Below are positions 11,037 through 21,618 of a stretch of 64,000 nucleotides of DNA, one piece after another. The position numbers were made by a program, and so were the translations under genes. The notes beneath the pieces were generated by a model, which made no database searches, had not been told where the DNA came from, and saw nothing but the letters and a program-made list of their open reading frames with translations. The stretch comes from Epithemia pelagica (lineage: Eukaryota; Protista; Bacillariophyta), in assembly GCA_946965045.2 (NCBI GenBank), contig OX337237.1, forward strand, positions 1,426,001-1,490,000, read 5' to 3'. Every line of letters starts with the position of its first letter. The stretch's first letter is position 1.

Positions 11037-12074
11037 TTATTTGTCATCAAAGTAATGCTGTGCCAAGAATTGAGGATACGAAGCAATGGTGCAATGGGGA
11101 ACGACGGCCGTGCATGTTTTGGACACAAACTTGCGCAAGGCATTGGAATCACTCATTCCCTCAACGCACCATGTACGAAATCGTTCGCCGTTCTCGGGTT
11201 TCAAATCCCGTCCTGTTTCCTTGTCCTCTGGATGTTTGGCAGCAAGATATTCCGATGTGACATTGCGCAACAACAAATCTGTTTCCTCCATCCAACAAGC
11301 GTTGCTTATCGGGGCTTGCACTCGTGATTTTGACACCTCAATGAAGCAAAAACTGGGTGAGATGCGAGTGTTCTCGTCCTTTTTTGTGGTGTGGAGTACA
11401 GCCTCGGCTGCAGCCTTTAACGAAGTGGCGAGAGCCGAATTGGCTTGGCATCGCGCAGCTGCGTCCTCCAGGCACCGTTGGAGTGCCTTGGCAAACTCAA
11501 CCTCGGTAGACAAAGCCGACTGTACTGAATCCTGTACAGGGCTTTCACTGCGACTTCGTTTTTTGTTAGTTTGTTCCATGCCCCCCAGTCGAACCTTGAG
11601 CTTGCTCCACATTTGAATTGGATCCATGGGAACCGATCTGTTATCTCCGACACGCTCATGGGAGCCTGTCCATGGAGTAACCTTTAGTTCAACACTTTGC
11701 GTCAGTAAAGCTTCCAATCGTTCTTGCGATGATGCACACAATGGCAAACGAATACGACGCCATTTTATCCCCACAAAACATCCGGCGGGAGGAGGAAGAA
11801 CCAAATACAAATCATCTCGGATTTCCACATTCGATTGATCTTCTTCTTTTGTGAAATAATGTATCATTTTGTTGACAACCCGTGACGTGTCGCGAGACGT
11901 GGGGGTTTGAGGTGTTTCTGGTCCACCATGGCGGTGGTGGTTCTTTGTTGCCAGTGGAGCATGCACTCCAAAAAATTCCGGGGAGAAGGATACCAAGTCC
12001 TCCACAGTCTTTTCATTGCTGAGAGATGCTGAAGTTCCCTCATCCATAGCGTTAAAGAACACTCTTCCCTCCAT
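11037..12074 (-). CDS. Hypothetical protein (~345 aa)
   Basis: Long ORF with protein-like composition; first ATG at 12074 (MEGRVFF). No motif recognised. Confidence 0.65.
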   Translation of the reverse strand: MEGRVFFNAMDEGTSASLSNEKTVEDLVSFSPEFFGVHAPLATKNHHRHGGPETPQTPTSRDTSRVVNKMIHYFTKEEDQSNVEIRDDLYLVLPPPAGCFVGIKWRRIRLPLCASSQERLEALLTQSVELKVTPWTGSHERVGDNRSVPMDPIQMWSKLKVRLGGMEQTNKKRSRSESPVQDSVQSALSTEVEFAKALQRCLEDAAARCQANSALATSLKAAAEAVLHTTKKDENTRISPSFCFIEVSKSRVQAPISNACWMEETDLLLRNVTSEYLAAKHPEDKETGRDLKPENGERFRTWCVEGMSDSNALRKFVSKTCTAVVPHCTIASYPQFLAQHYFDDK

Positions 12075-12223
12075 CTTGGTCACTGTTTGGTTCTCTCTTG
12101 ACACCTCAATCGCGCAGGTTTTGAAGGGAACAGGATCTTGAGCAGTACCTTACTCTCCAGAGTCTGTGGTAGTCGCACTTCAATCGTCATTTGCATGCAC
12201 CTTGTTATGGTTTTTCCTAACTT

Positions 12224-12835
12224 ATGAGGGAGATGGGGAGTAACAAACTCTGTGTGTGTCGGGTGGACAGACTGTCTATCCATTGTCTGCTTATCACAAA
12301 AACAGAAATGTTGATGGAAGGAAAACCTGTGGTAGCACATCCTTACTTTGATGTGCTACTAAGTGATGTGAAAAATGAACGCAGAGAAGGCGAGGAAGGA
12401 GTCGTGACACTTGGGGAGATAGCTGCCGACATGGGGTTCGAAAATCGCTGTAAAGTGGATGGTCCAGCGGCCATCGTTCAGTCACCGTTGAATGGGGTTG
12501 TACGAGGGAGATACAGTCGGTGCTTTGTTCCATGTGTCATCAAATTTCGATCCAGAACGATCAAGACAGCGTTTCTTGTCGACACTGGTGGAACTTGCAC
12601 TTATCTCGGCAAACCAACTTGGGACAAACTCCTCGAAGGCCTCCAAGACGTTGGCGGCAATACCTTGAGGGTGACGCTCAACGGAGAAACTCGACAAGAA
12701 GTCACCCTCTCTCCGCAAGATCGACACTTTGCCGACATTGACCTCATCGGGACCGATTTCTTCAATCACATGGAAGCTCGCTTCCGTGTCGACTACAAAA
12801 CAAAAGTTTGTGCGCTGGAGTGGGACGAGCCCTAG
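12224..12835 (+). CDS. Stand-alone retropepsin-like (clan AA) aspartic protease
   Basis: 'TAFLVDTGGTCTYL' catalytic motif and 'IDLIGTDFF' C-terminal motif. Start may be 12308 or 12314. Confidence 0.75.
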   Translation: MREMGSNKLCVCRVDRLSIHCLLITKTEMLMEGKPVVAHPYFDVLLSDVKNERREGEEGVVTLGEIAADMGFENRCKVDGPAAIVQSPLNGVVRGRYSRCFVPCVIKFRSRTIKTAFLVDTGGTCTYLGKPTWDKLLEGLQDVGGNTLRVTLNGETRQEVTLSPQDRHFADIDLIGTDFFNHMEARFRVDYKTKVCALEWDEP

Positions 12836-13709
12836 ACAACCAGGTCCGAATGGAACATGGAAAATTGCCACGTAGTATCATTCATGTTCGTCCAACTTGC
12901 CTCTAGTACCATGTGAAGCAGCTACGAGTATTTGTATGTACATCACTGGCGGTTCAATGGAGGCGTGATGCGTCGTGTGCGTTAACTGAATTCATCTTGC
13001 TCAAGTCCACTATTCTTTCTCTTGCAGTTACTAAACGACAACTGCTACAAGCCACACGCTAATGGCCATGGCCCAGAATGTAAACACGTCACCTTCCGAA
13101 GAGGCAGCGTCGCTGGCTTCGCCTTGGATACCCTCGATATTGTTTTCACTTTCAGACGGAAGAGGAGTCAGCGACGAGCTTTTCTCCTCCGGACATCAAC
13201 GCAGTCTACTTCTTTTTGTCCATCCTCAACCTGTCGGTCTGGACGGTTGATTGGTCTTTGGTCGTCTCCTAGGGACGACGATGGCCTCTCAAAAAGGTTA
13301 GTTAGGTATTTAAAGTGCAGTTGTTATCCCGTACCTATCCTTGTTGTGCTAGGAGTTCGAAGTTCAAGAACGATGTTATTCGTCCTATATCGTACTGTCG
13401 CGCTTTGCCATTGTGGACTTTGACAATGTTCGCCTTGACATGTTCTGGTCGATAACGAGTATGGCTTTTTCACGACGAACAGTCAAAGATGCGTGTGTCG
13501 GCTGGACGGCTAACCCATACTCCATACTACCAAAACAGCGGCTGTGCCCCAAAAGAAGCAATAGGTTTGGACGAAAACTAAGGAGAGGTATTCCTAAGTA
13601 AATCATGTAACTCGGATAAATTTACTATTTCACAGATCGTAATGGCTCGAAAGCTGCAAAAAAAGCCGACAGAGACGGCTTTCCCAATGTTGTGGAAACG
13701 TTTCCTTGC

Positions 13710-15320
13710 TTAGTAGCATCCCATCTCGGCGGCTTCGTTGAGGTTTCTTAGATGAAGCCACAGATTGGCAATGTACTTGCTTCCTGATGTGACGGGAGTG
13801 GCCTCGTGCTCCATGCGCTCATCCATTTCATCAGGTTCTTCGTTCAGAACATTCGGGAAGACTAGGATACGTCCCATTTTGGGTTGGACAGTCAAATCCA
13901 ATTGGTTGAAGTAGGTTTCGCCGCCCTCTTCCATATCGCTAAAGTACATGAGAACGGTCAAAATGCGAGGTCCGGCCATGTACTGCTTCTCGTATGCCAC
14001 ATAGTCGTGGTGTGTCAGGTAGTATTCTCCCTCCTCGTCTGTGGATCCGACGAGAGCACAAATACAACAACAAAGATTAGATCGCCATATGTCTTTTATC
14101 TGGTGCCGGAGATATTCCCATTTCCACGGTTAAGGATGGTACTTACATTTAACCATTTGCATGTGTTCTGCAAACTCCACTGGAATCCCAGTCAAGAGTT
14201 CCACACGCTTGAAAATATTCTCGGTAATGACATGAGAGTCACACTCGCCAATGCACCAAACGCTACTGGATGTAATGGCTTCATCTTCGACATTATCTTC
14301 GGCTTCCCCAGTTTCTTCGTCCATTCCACCGGACACAGTGTTCCGTTGGAAACCCATTTTCGTTCCCATTGTTCTCATGAAGTTAGCTTCTTCGGGAGAC
14401 AAAAAGTCGTCAATGGCAATGACCCAGGGGTCAGACTCTTCCTCGTCATCGCTTGGTCGAGACAAGACATGACTGTTGTACGCTTTATCTGCCACAATGC
14501 GTTCAAACATTTTGTTCACGTCACCGGCCTCCCATATGTTGATCATACTTTCGTCGTACGGACAGCGAGTCTCGTAGTGCAGTTGGTCGCACCGTTGACA
14601 CGCCGGAGCGCACATTTCGTCCATGTATTCGTGATTTTCCCAGCATTCTCCATGAGCGGCCCAGGCTGCACATAGCGGGTGGAAGTTGTAGCACAAGTCA
14701 CGAACCTTGACGTAAAAGTCGTTCTTCATAACCAGTTCTTCCATGTAAATGGCGGTGTTGTTCAAGTTTTCAAAGACAGCAGTTTGGTTGAACTTGCTTG
14801 CATCCTTGCCAACAATTTGTTCAGGGTCAACAATCTGCACGAGACCAAATTCAGAGCCTGGACCTTCTTCCTCTATTTCAAAATATTCCTCTTCCTCTTC
14901 TTCATCCTCCTCCTCTTCTTCATCCTCCTCGTCAAATTCTTCTTCCCCTGCAACATACACCCATTCTTCCTCACTCTCTTCTTCATCCTCTTCTTCGTAT
15001 TCTTCTTCTTCTTCATCCACGACTGCCTCTTCTTCATCCTCAACGGATACTACAACCTCGTCGGACAGTGTCTCAACTCCAGGAAGGCTTCGGAAGGATG
15101 TGTTGTTGCACTTGTCATCTTCCTCTTTCTGTTCAATTTCCTTGGACTCAACCTTGCTAGTGTTATCAAGTGCATAATCAATAGGCTTGCCCGATCGAGC
15201 CGCGGCTCCCACAAGATCCGACGTTGCCCCGTACGTTGTGGTGGTATCCAATCCCTCCACCACAACGGATGCAAGGGCGATCATCAAGGCTGAGCAAATC
15301 AATCGTGAAGACGGCGCCAT
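13710..15320 (-). CDS. P4H: Secreted ShKT-domain prolyl 4-hydroxylase (2OG-Fe(II) dioxygenase)
   Basis: Exons 15320-14147 and 14038-13710 (GTAAGT...CAG, phase 1, giving VKY|EEGEYY). Signal peptide, acidic tract, ShK 'CYNFHPLCAAWAAHGECWENHEYMDEMCAPACQRC', HxD 'HHDY', 'RILTVLMYFSDMEEGGET', 'HEATPV...KYIANLW'. Confidence 0.92.
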
Positions 15321-15983
15321 GGTTATACTACTATCACGGTTCTATTATTTCTTCTTCTGGACTGAGAAAGAGTTGGGATTGATTGCTCTTGGATTATAAT
15401 AGCTTTATTGGGTGAACGGATGCAGTTCACTCCATTGAGTGTTTTGCTTCCAATATTTGTGGCCCAACTCCTCTGCGGTGCGCCCCGCGTTTCGGGGGCC
15501 TATCAAGATCGCATAGTCCCGCTTGATCCACGTTACTATTTAAAGTAGGAACGCGGGGCGATGCTGACCATCCCAAACGCAAAACGGCTCCGGTGCGCAC
15601 AGTCTGTTCCGATTTTTGAGTCCAACGCCAGTTTGCGGAAACGCAACTCTAGGATCCGTCACCTACAGATCAATCTATACCGATGGTATGGGGTGTACTC
15701 TTTTGTACGATCGAAGAAATCACCAGTTCAACGGAAGAACGTCCCGTTGCGTCAAGGAAGCGACAAAGAGATGATGACGTTCGACGGGGGAAATCTTCGG
15801 TCTCTCAAAATGAATATCACATGGGCATAGCTTTCAATCAACTCTATCTTGCTTTCTTTATCCTCTATATTAATGACTAGGAGTAACCACATGACAAATT
15901 AGAATCATTCACAATAATCTCGGTCATTTGTATTGATCCTTCCACTTCATCTGATTGCTGATTCAGGATTTAGTCTATCGCTG

Positions 15984-18455
15984 CTACCATTGCAAATCTT
16001 GTACCGCCATTCCAGCGGCAGCACCCATGGAGAGTTGCAAGGGTGGTACAATGTGATAGGTAGTATGTCTAGCGTCGGAGGGGTGGACGGGTTGCGTCCA
16101 CTTGGTCATTGTTGTTGTTGGTTCCGCCAAGCCACCGTTCTCAAGACTCCTAAAAGGATGTTCAAAGAGCAGCTGTGTTTGAGCAATGCGACGACGAGTT
16201 TCCGTTGGTGTTTCCTTGGAGGAAACGCGCAATTGTCCACCACCGTTGATGCAACCAGACGGACACGCCATGACTTCTACATAATCAAACCGTGGGGTAT
16301 CTCCACTACTTGAGATCTCATGGTTGATTGAAATGTTGTCCACACCCAACTTATTGTTGGAGGAGGAAGAGGACATGTAGGGCTTTAACACGCGTTGCAA
16401 GGGTTGCATTCCATAGGCCAGTCCAAATGTGAGCACAGCCTCGTATTTCATCTTGCCTGTTGTAGAAGATGGTCTCAGGGTGTACGCAAAGCCATTATTA
16501 ATGTGGTTGTCCTCCTCCATTTTGTTTTCATTGTGGTTATCGTCATCGATTACCCGATACCGATACAGTGTGGCCTGATAAAACTCTTTGCGTCGTTGTG
16601 CGGCCGCAGCCATGCGAGCGCTACGAACGGCTCCCGTTTTGGAACTCGTTGAAGTCGCCGTCGATACGGGCTCCCACGGTACCTCCCCCGGCTGGACCAC
16701 CACATGAAACAACTCCTGACAGGCACGCCGAAAAATATAGTCGGCATATCCACCCGATCCATTGACAAATGGTTGTTGACTTTGTAAATTGGAGGAGGAG
16801 GATTCGCGAGACTGTTGATCTTGTGGATGGCGCTCATGATTGTCGCGGTCGGATGTGGTCAAGTCCTCCTTTTCCGCAAGCAACAATCCACCATCCATTG
16901 GCAAGAGCCTTGTCACCGACTCATGAATGGGTGCCGGTGTAGCGCTGTGAATGCGTTGTTTCAACAAGAGACGATCCTTCGATTCGTCCTCATCTTGGTC
17001 CTTTGGATTGTCGGGTTCTTGACTCGAATCTGTCACTTCAGGAGCTGCTGATGCTTTCATGGCCTTGATCAGCAAGGCAATGCATTCCGTAGTAGTCAGA
17101 ACGGCGTCAACATCGGGTTGACGTGTGACATCGTCCACAAAGTCTTTGCGCGAGGCTTCTAATTTCTTGTCGTGACAGGGCATGACGGCAATGTGATAAA
17201 TGGACAATTGCGAGTCCAGTTGCGTTCGGACAAAGGCTCCAGCCATGGACAGGGGTGATTTGGTAGTGGATAAATGCGACACGGCGGCATGAGCCGTTTT
17301 CTCCACCATACAAACAACCGCTGGACAGGAAGATGACAAGAGAGGTAATTCTTGGTTGTGCCGTTGTCGTTGAGAAACAATCACGTTTTGTTGTTCTGAC
17401 AGATCTTGTTTTTGGGATGAAGAAAGGGACACATTGTAAATGGTTTGATCCGGCGATCGAAATTGCAAGGTATTGCGTGACAAGGCATGAGAAGGCCACA
17501 ATTGACGTTGCCAATCCTCCATTGACGAATGATGGAGATTGTCTGCTTTGGTAGTAGTTGTCATTGTAGGAGTGGTTTGTTGGAGGCGGTACGATTGACA
17601 AAATTCGTGCGCCGCTTCCTGCAAGGACCACGTGAGGGGGAGATTACCATCCAAGACAATCGAAATGTGCAAAAGTTGGTACATCACTGTGGTGAGTTGT
17701 CGAAGTAAATGCCGATTCTGTATCTCGTCGGAATATCCATCCACATCCATGGTATTGGGGTCATTTGATGTCGTGGGTGACGCGGTGGTCAAATCCAAAT
17801 GACGAACCAAATCGGCCCAGGCAGCCGGAGAAATCGTCAGAACGTAGCATACTCTAGAACCATGACTCTTCTCGATTCCCCTACCACGGTTTCTCCCCAA
17901 CAAGGTTTGTTCGAGCGCTTTGAGAGATTGTTCTTGTTCTTCCAGCAACACGGTTTCTGTCGTGGTGACACATCCTGAACAAGCCAAACAGTCGGCCAAG
18001 GAGGCTTGCACAATCTCCTTGGTCTTTTTGGTCGTCTTGTTTGTCTCATCCAAGTCCATACTTCTACTTTTGTTGTTGGTGATATTCTCCGCTTGTGGTT
18101 CCTTGGTCAAAGTTGGAGCTGGTGGTGGTGTATCGGATGCACCTCGTTGGTTGCTATTGCCATTACTGTTTTCCGTCTCGGCAGCCGACACGACAAGCGT
18201 CGTTCTTGGTCTTCGACGACGAGATCGTTGCTGCAGTTGTGGCTCGATTGTTCCCCCCTTGTCTGACGCTTGATTATGGGGATCATCTCGTTGCTTCTTC
18301 GTCTCGTTGGCAGAAGAAGAAGAAGATGGTGGTGGTGCGGAAAACACTGGATTGATGCAGGCTTGCGAAGGAGACACATAATCATCTACATTGCTCAAAT
18401 ACACGCTGCCACCACCACCGCCAGCAACAGCATCCGACGACGAGGAAGGCCACAT
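15984..18455 (-). CDS. NAR1: Cytosolic Fe-S assembly factor NAR1/NARFL (iron-only hydrogenase-like)
   Basis: 'VYLSNVDDYVSPSQACINP', 'SLADCLACSGCVTTTE', 'SSSCPAVVCMVEK', 'VMPCHDKKLEASR', 'GSGGYA', 'YVEVMACPSGCINGGGQ', terminal W. Start is 18455, or the upstream ATG at 18563. Confidence 0.93.
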   Translation of the reverse strand: MWPSSSSDAVAGGGGGSVYLSNVDDYVSPSQACINPVFSAPPPSSSSSANETKKQRDDPHNQASDKGGTIEPQLQQRSRRRRPRTTLVVSAAETENSNGNSNQRGASDTPPPAPTLTKEPQAENITNNKSRSMDLDETNKTTKKTKEIVQASLADCLACSGCVTTTETVLLEEQEQSLKALEQTLLGRNRGRGIEKSHGSRVCYVLTISPAAWADLVRHLDLTTASPTTSNDPNTMDVDGYSDEIQNRHLLRQLTTVMYQLLHISIVLDGNLPLTWSLQEAAHEFCQSYRLQQTTPTMTTTTKADNLHHSSMEDWQRQLWPSHALSRNTLQFRSPDQTIYNVSLSSSQKQDLSEQQNVIVSQRQRHNQELPLLSSSCPAVVCMVEKTAHAAVSHLSTTKSPLSMAGAFVRTQLDSQLSIYHIAVMPCHDKKLEASRKDFVDDVTRQPDVDAVLTTTECIALLIKAMKASAAPEVTDSSQEPDNPKDQDEDESKDRLLLKQRIHSATPAPIHESVTRLLPMDGGLLLAEKEDLTTSDRDNHERHPQDQQSRESSSSNLQSQQPFVNGSGGYADYIFRRACQELFHVVVQPGEVPWEPVSTATSTSSKTGAVRSARMAAAAQRRKEFYQATLYRYRVIDDDNHNENKMEEDNHINNGFAYTLRPSSTTGKMKYEAVLTFGLAYGMQPLQRVLKPYMSSSSSNNKLGVDNISINHEISSSGDTPRFDYVEVMACPSGCINGGGQLRVSSKETPTETRRRIAQTQLLFEHPFRSLENGGLAEPTTTMTKWTQPVHPSDARHTTYHIVPPLQLSMGAAAGMAVQDLQW

Positions 18456-18912
18456 GATCTCGAACTCTGATCTCTTCGCCTTGAGAGACGACAATGAACA
18501 AGCATCTACACAGCAGGAGAGGATGTTGGAATGGAATGAGGTGAAATGCGTTCTCACGGACATGAAAATGCCTCATTTGTGTCGGTAATAAGTTTTACTG
18601 ACACCCTGAACGCACGACGCGCTCTGTCCGTCGTCAGTGCTACTCGTCAAGGGTAATGTTCTTAGGCTATCTCCACCCGAGCGCCGCTATGCTGACGTAT
18701 TCGAGCTTTCTGATTGGCCTCGCTATCCGGATAGCGGGTTAGCGGAGCCAAGAGGAAATGAACTCCACGATCTCCGTTATACAATAGTGCCGCTATTGAT
18801 AAGGCATTTGCAAATTCACATATGCCCTATCTTGTTTCGGTTAAAGAATGAGAGGGGAGAGGAGTCATCAAACAATAGTCAGCAAGAACAGACCAAAGTT
18901 TGCTCAAAAAAG

Positions 18913-20247
18913 ATGGAGGACTCGTTGGATGAACTGTTGGAGCTGCTCCAACAGGAGGCAGATGTTGACATTGGTGTAGCTTCTACAGTTGCATCTGACC
19001 TCCTGGAACAACATACTAGCACCCAACATGGTGGTTCGCCTAAAGGAAAGGCACCAAACAAGAGTCGTGACTTTGACGAAGCGTACAAGCGATTGGTGCG
19101 CAATTACTTTGATGGAGAAAACTCCATCTACGACGAGGCAGACTTTGAGCGTCGGTTCCGATTACCCCGCGCAGTTTTCAATCAGATATACAACCAACTT
19201 TATGGTAGTGGTTGCTTCACGCAACATTACATGCTTGATGGACGTCCTGGGATCAACCCACTTGTGCGTCTTGTGGCTTGCTTTCGGAAGATTGCTTATG
19301 GGGATGCTGATGACAGGGAAGATGAAAATCTTTGCTTGTCTGAGTCGGTCTTACATGAATCCTTTGAGCAATTCTTATCCCTTATCAAACAACATTTTGC
19401 CAAAGACTATTTAAATCGCCAACCTTCGTCTTCGGAAAAGGAGCACGCGTTGAAGAAAAATGCTGCTCGTAACTTCCCAGGTTGCTTTGCGTCATGGGAT
19501 TGCAAGCATTTCAATTGGGAAAACTGTCCTAAAGCTTGGGAAGGGCAATTCCGTGGAAAGGAGGGTGTCACCACTCTTGTATTGGAAGCAATTTGTGATC
19601 CTGACTTGTACATTTGGTTTTTCTTTTTTGGGCAACCAGGGACTTTGAACGACATAAACATTCTGGATAAGAGTTCCATAGTTGGCGCAATGGTGAATGG
19701 CTCCTTTGATTTTTCATGTCCCGCTCCATACAAGATAGGACCAAATTGGAGAGACTACATGTACTTCTTGGTGGATGGTATCTATCCAGACTGGTCCATT
19801 TTCATTGATTCCTGTCAGGGCTCTGATGAAGAAAAGCTCAAGTATTTTTCATCATGTCAAGAAGCCGTCCGTAAAGACATTGAACGCTGTTTTGGTGTTC
19901 TGGTTAAGAGGTTCCATATTCTCAAGCGACCTCTGCGGTTCTGGACCCGATCAAAAATTGGAGATGTGTTGGATTGTTGTATTATCCTACACAACATGTG
20001 TGTCGAGCATGGACGTGGCACGGATCCGATGGATGTCGATAGCGAAAACATGGCGTTCAATGCCGAGACAGATGAAGTCGTGTCGTTGTTTGGTGCACCA
20101 GCCGAGGAAGTTGGTGCTGTCGGAGGAAGTGGAATTCAAGCCATTCTCCAGCATGCTCATTTGCAGGAGAATATCCAGGACTCGCAACAAAAAATATCCC
20201 TAAAAGGCGACCTGATTGAACATGCATGGTCTAAACGTAACGGGTAG
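18913..20247 (+). CDS. PIF/Harbinger DDE transposase
   Basis: First ATG inside the TIR is 18913. 'FERRFRLPRAVF', 'GRPGINPLVRLVACFRKIAYG', catalytic 'SWDCKH', 'GTLNDINIL', 'YFLVDGIYP', 'RKDIERCFGVL', 'CIILHNM'. Confidence 0.93.
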   Translation: MEDSLDELLELLQQEADVDIGVASTVASDLLEQHTSTQHGGSPKGKAPNKSRDFDEAYKRLVRNYFDGENSIYDEADFERRFRLPRAVFNQIYNQLYGSGCFTQHYMLDGRPGINPLVRLVACFRKIAYGDADDREDENLCLSESVLHESFEQFLSLIKQHFAKDYLNRQPSSSEKEHALKKNAARNFPGCFASWDCKHFNWENCPKAWEGQFRGKEGVTTLVLEAICDPDLYIWFFFFGQPGTLNDINILDKSSIVGAMVNGSFDFSCPAPYKIGPNWRDYMYFLVDGIYPDWSIFIDSCQGSDEEKLKYFSSCQEAVRKDIERCFGVLVKRFHILKRPLRFWTRSKIGDVLDCCIILHNMCVEHGRGTDPMDVDSENMAFNAETDEVVSLFGAPAEEVGAVGGSGIQAILQHAHLQENIQDSQQKISLKGDLIEHAWSKRNG

Positions 20248-20255
20248 GTTAATCA

Positions 20256-21215
20256 CTAAATACTAGTTGCAAGCTGGTTGAGTGCAACCGCCACTTCAGA
20301 TTCATCGCCGTCCATAATTTCTGTAGAGTTAGTGCTTTCTTCTGGGTCATTTTCCTTGTCACCTTCGTTTGTACCAGGTTCATTTTCTTTTTCACCTTCA
20401 CCAGCGCTAGACAGGTTTTGTCCATATTTGCGCAAGGTTTCTTCAAGAAGCTGTTGCTTGAGTTGGTAAACTTGGTCCTTGTGAGTCTCACCACACAATG
20501 AGATAACGCTCTTCAGCTGTGCCAGACGCCCAATGCTCTCTAACTGTTTATTACGGTGCTCGATAGCAAGGCGGAGTCTCTTTGCTTCTTCAAGCCGTTC
20601 TCGTGTCTCATCAGTCTTTTTGTTCTTGAGCATTTTTGATTTTGCCATGTCTCGACCACCAGGACGACTCTTGCTGTTGGGCTTAGGAGTAGATGCCACT
20701 TGTTCCGCGTCTGCTGAGGAATCAAAAACGGAGTCCGTCACGTCGTCATCCTCTCCAGAGTTGGACGAAGAGGACTCGGCAACAGCAAATTTAGGGATAT
20801 CTTTTAATTCGATCCATGCCAGATAGTTGGGCCACTGGCATGCATCAAAGCTCTTGAAAAGGTAGGAAGGAAGCGAACTTTTTTTGAGGTGAATCGCCAC
20901 TGCCATGTTTATTTTCTGTTGCTTGTCCACACCACTTAGATTTGCTCCTTCGACCAACCGCAACACACTGTTGAACTTCTGGATGTCTGCGAAAACTCTA
21001 TCACGCAAATGTCCAAAAATGGACGCGGTGGAGCGATAGTGGTAGCATTGTTTGTCGCAACCATGTGGGGCAAGTGCTGCAATGTTTACTTTTACCTTTT
21101 CACGGAATATATCAGCTTTCTGGTCAGCACCAGAAATAGGGTCGGCAGAGGCCCTCTTCCACGCAAGTGCAGCAATGCGCTTTTCTTCAGGTGACCACAC
21201 AGACCCACGACCCAT
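20256..21215 (-). CDS. Harbinger ORF2: Myb/SANT-like, NAM-associated DNA-binding protein
   Basis: 'GSVWSPEEKRIAALAWKRASADPISGADQKADIF', 'WPNYLAWIELKDIPKF', 'RPGGRDMAK'. Lies inside the TIRs, convergent with the transposase. Confidence 0.88.
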   Translation of the reverse strand: MGRGSVWSPEEKRIAALAWKRASADPISGADQKADIFREKVKVNIAALAPHGCDKQCYHYRSTASIFGHLRDRVFADIQKFNSVLRLVEGANLSGVDKQQKINMAVAIHLKKSSLPSYLFKSFDACQWPNYLAWIELKDIPKFAVAESSSSNSGEDDDVTDSVFDSSADAEQVASTPKPNSKSRPGGRDMAKSKMLKNKKTDETRERLEEAKRLRLAIEHRNKQLESIGRLAQLKSVISLCGETHKDQVYQLKQQLLEETLRKYGQNLSSAGEGEKENEPGTNEGDKENDPEESTNSTEIMDGDESEVAVALNQLATSI

Positions 21216-21618
21216 GTTTTCTGTTTGATTGTTTTATGAAGGAGGCATAGAAAACACAACCATGAAACCCAAGAGATGGCATGCGATCGCTACCATGCCA
21301 TCTCTTCGGCGGGAGAGATTCAAAAACACAACAGAATACACAAACCCACGACCGATGTTTTCTGTTTGATTGTTTTATGAAGGAGGCATAAAAAACACCA
21401 GCATGAAACCCAAGAGATGCCATGCGATCGCTACCATGCCACCTCTTCGGCGGGAGAGATTCAAAAACACAACAGAATACACAGACCCACGACCGATGTT
21501 TTCTGTTTGATTGTTTTATGAAGGAGGCATAAAAAACACCAGCATGAAACCCAAGAGATGCCATGCGATCGCTACCATGCCACCTCTTCGGCGGGAGAGA
21601 TTCAAAAACACTACAGAA
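21197..21618. repeat. 141-bp tandem triplication in the Harbinger ORF2 leader
   Basis: Units start at 21197, 21338 and 21479 and differ only by point changes. The repeat also shows as a 47-aa period in ORF 21187-21564. Confidence 0.95.

Noticed and set aside
11195-11210. B-box-like motifs here and at ~39497-39509 suggesting tRNA or SINE
   Set aside because: No A-box or cloverleaf around either; the first lies inside a CDS. No tRNA or rRNA gene was recognised in the window.
21197-21618. CRISPR- or guide-array interpretation of the 141-bp repeats
   Set aside because: No unique spacers; units differ only by point changes; no cas-like gene; eukaryotic TE context.
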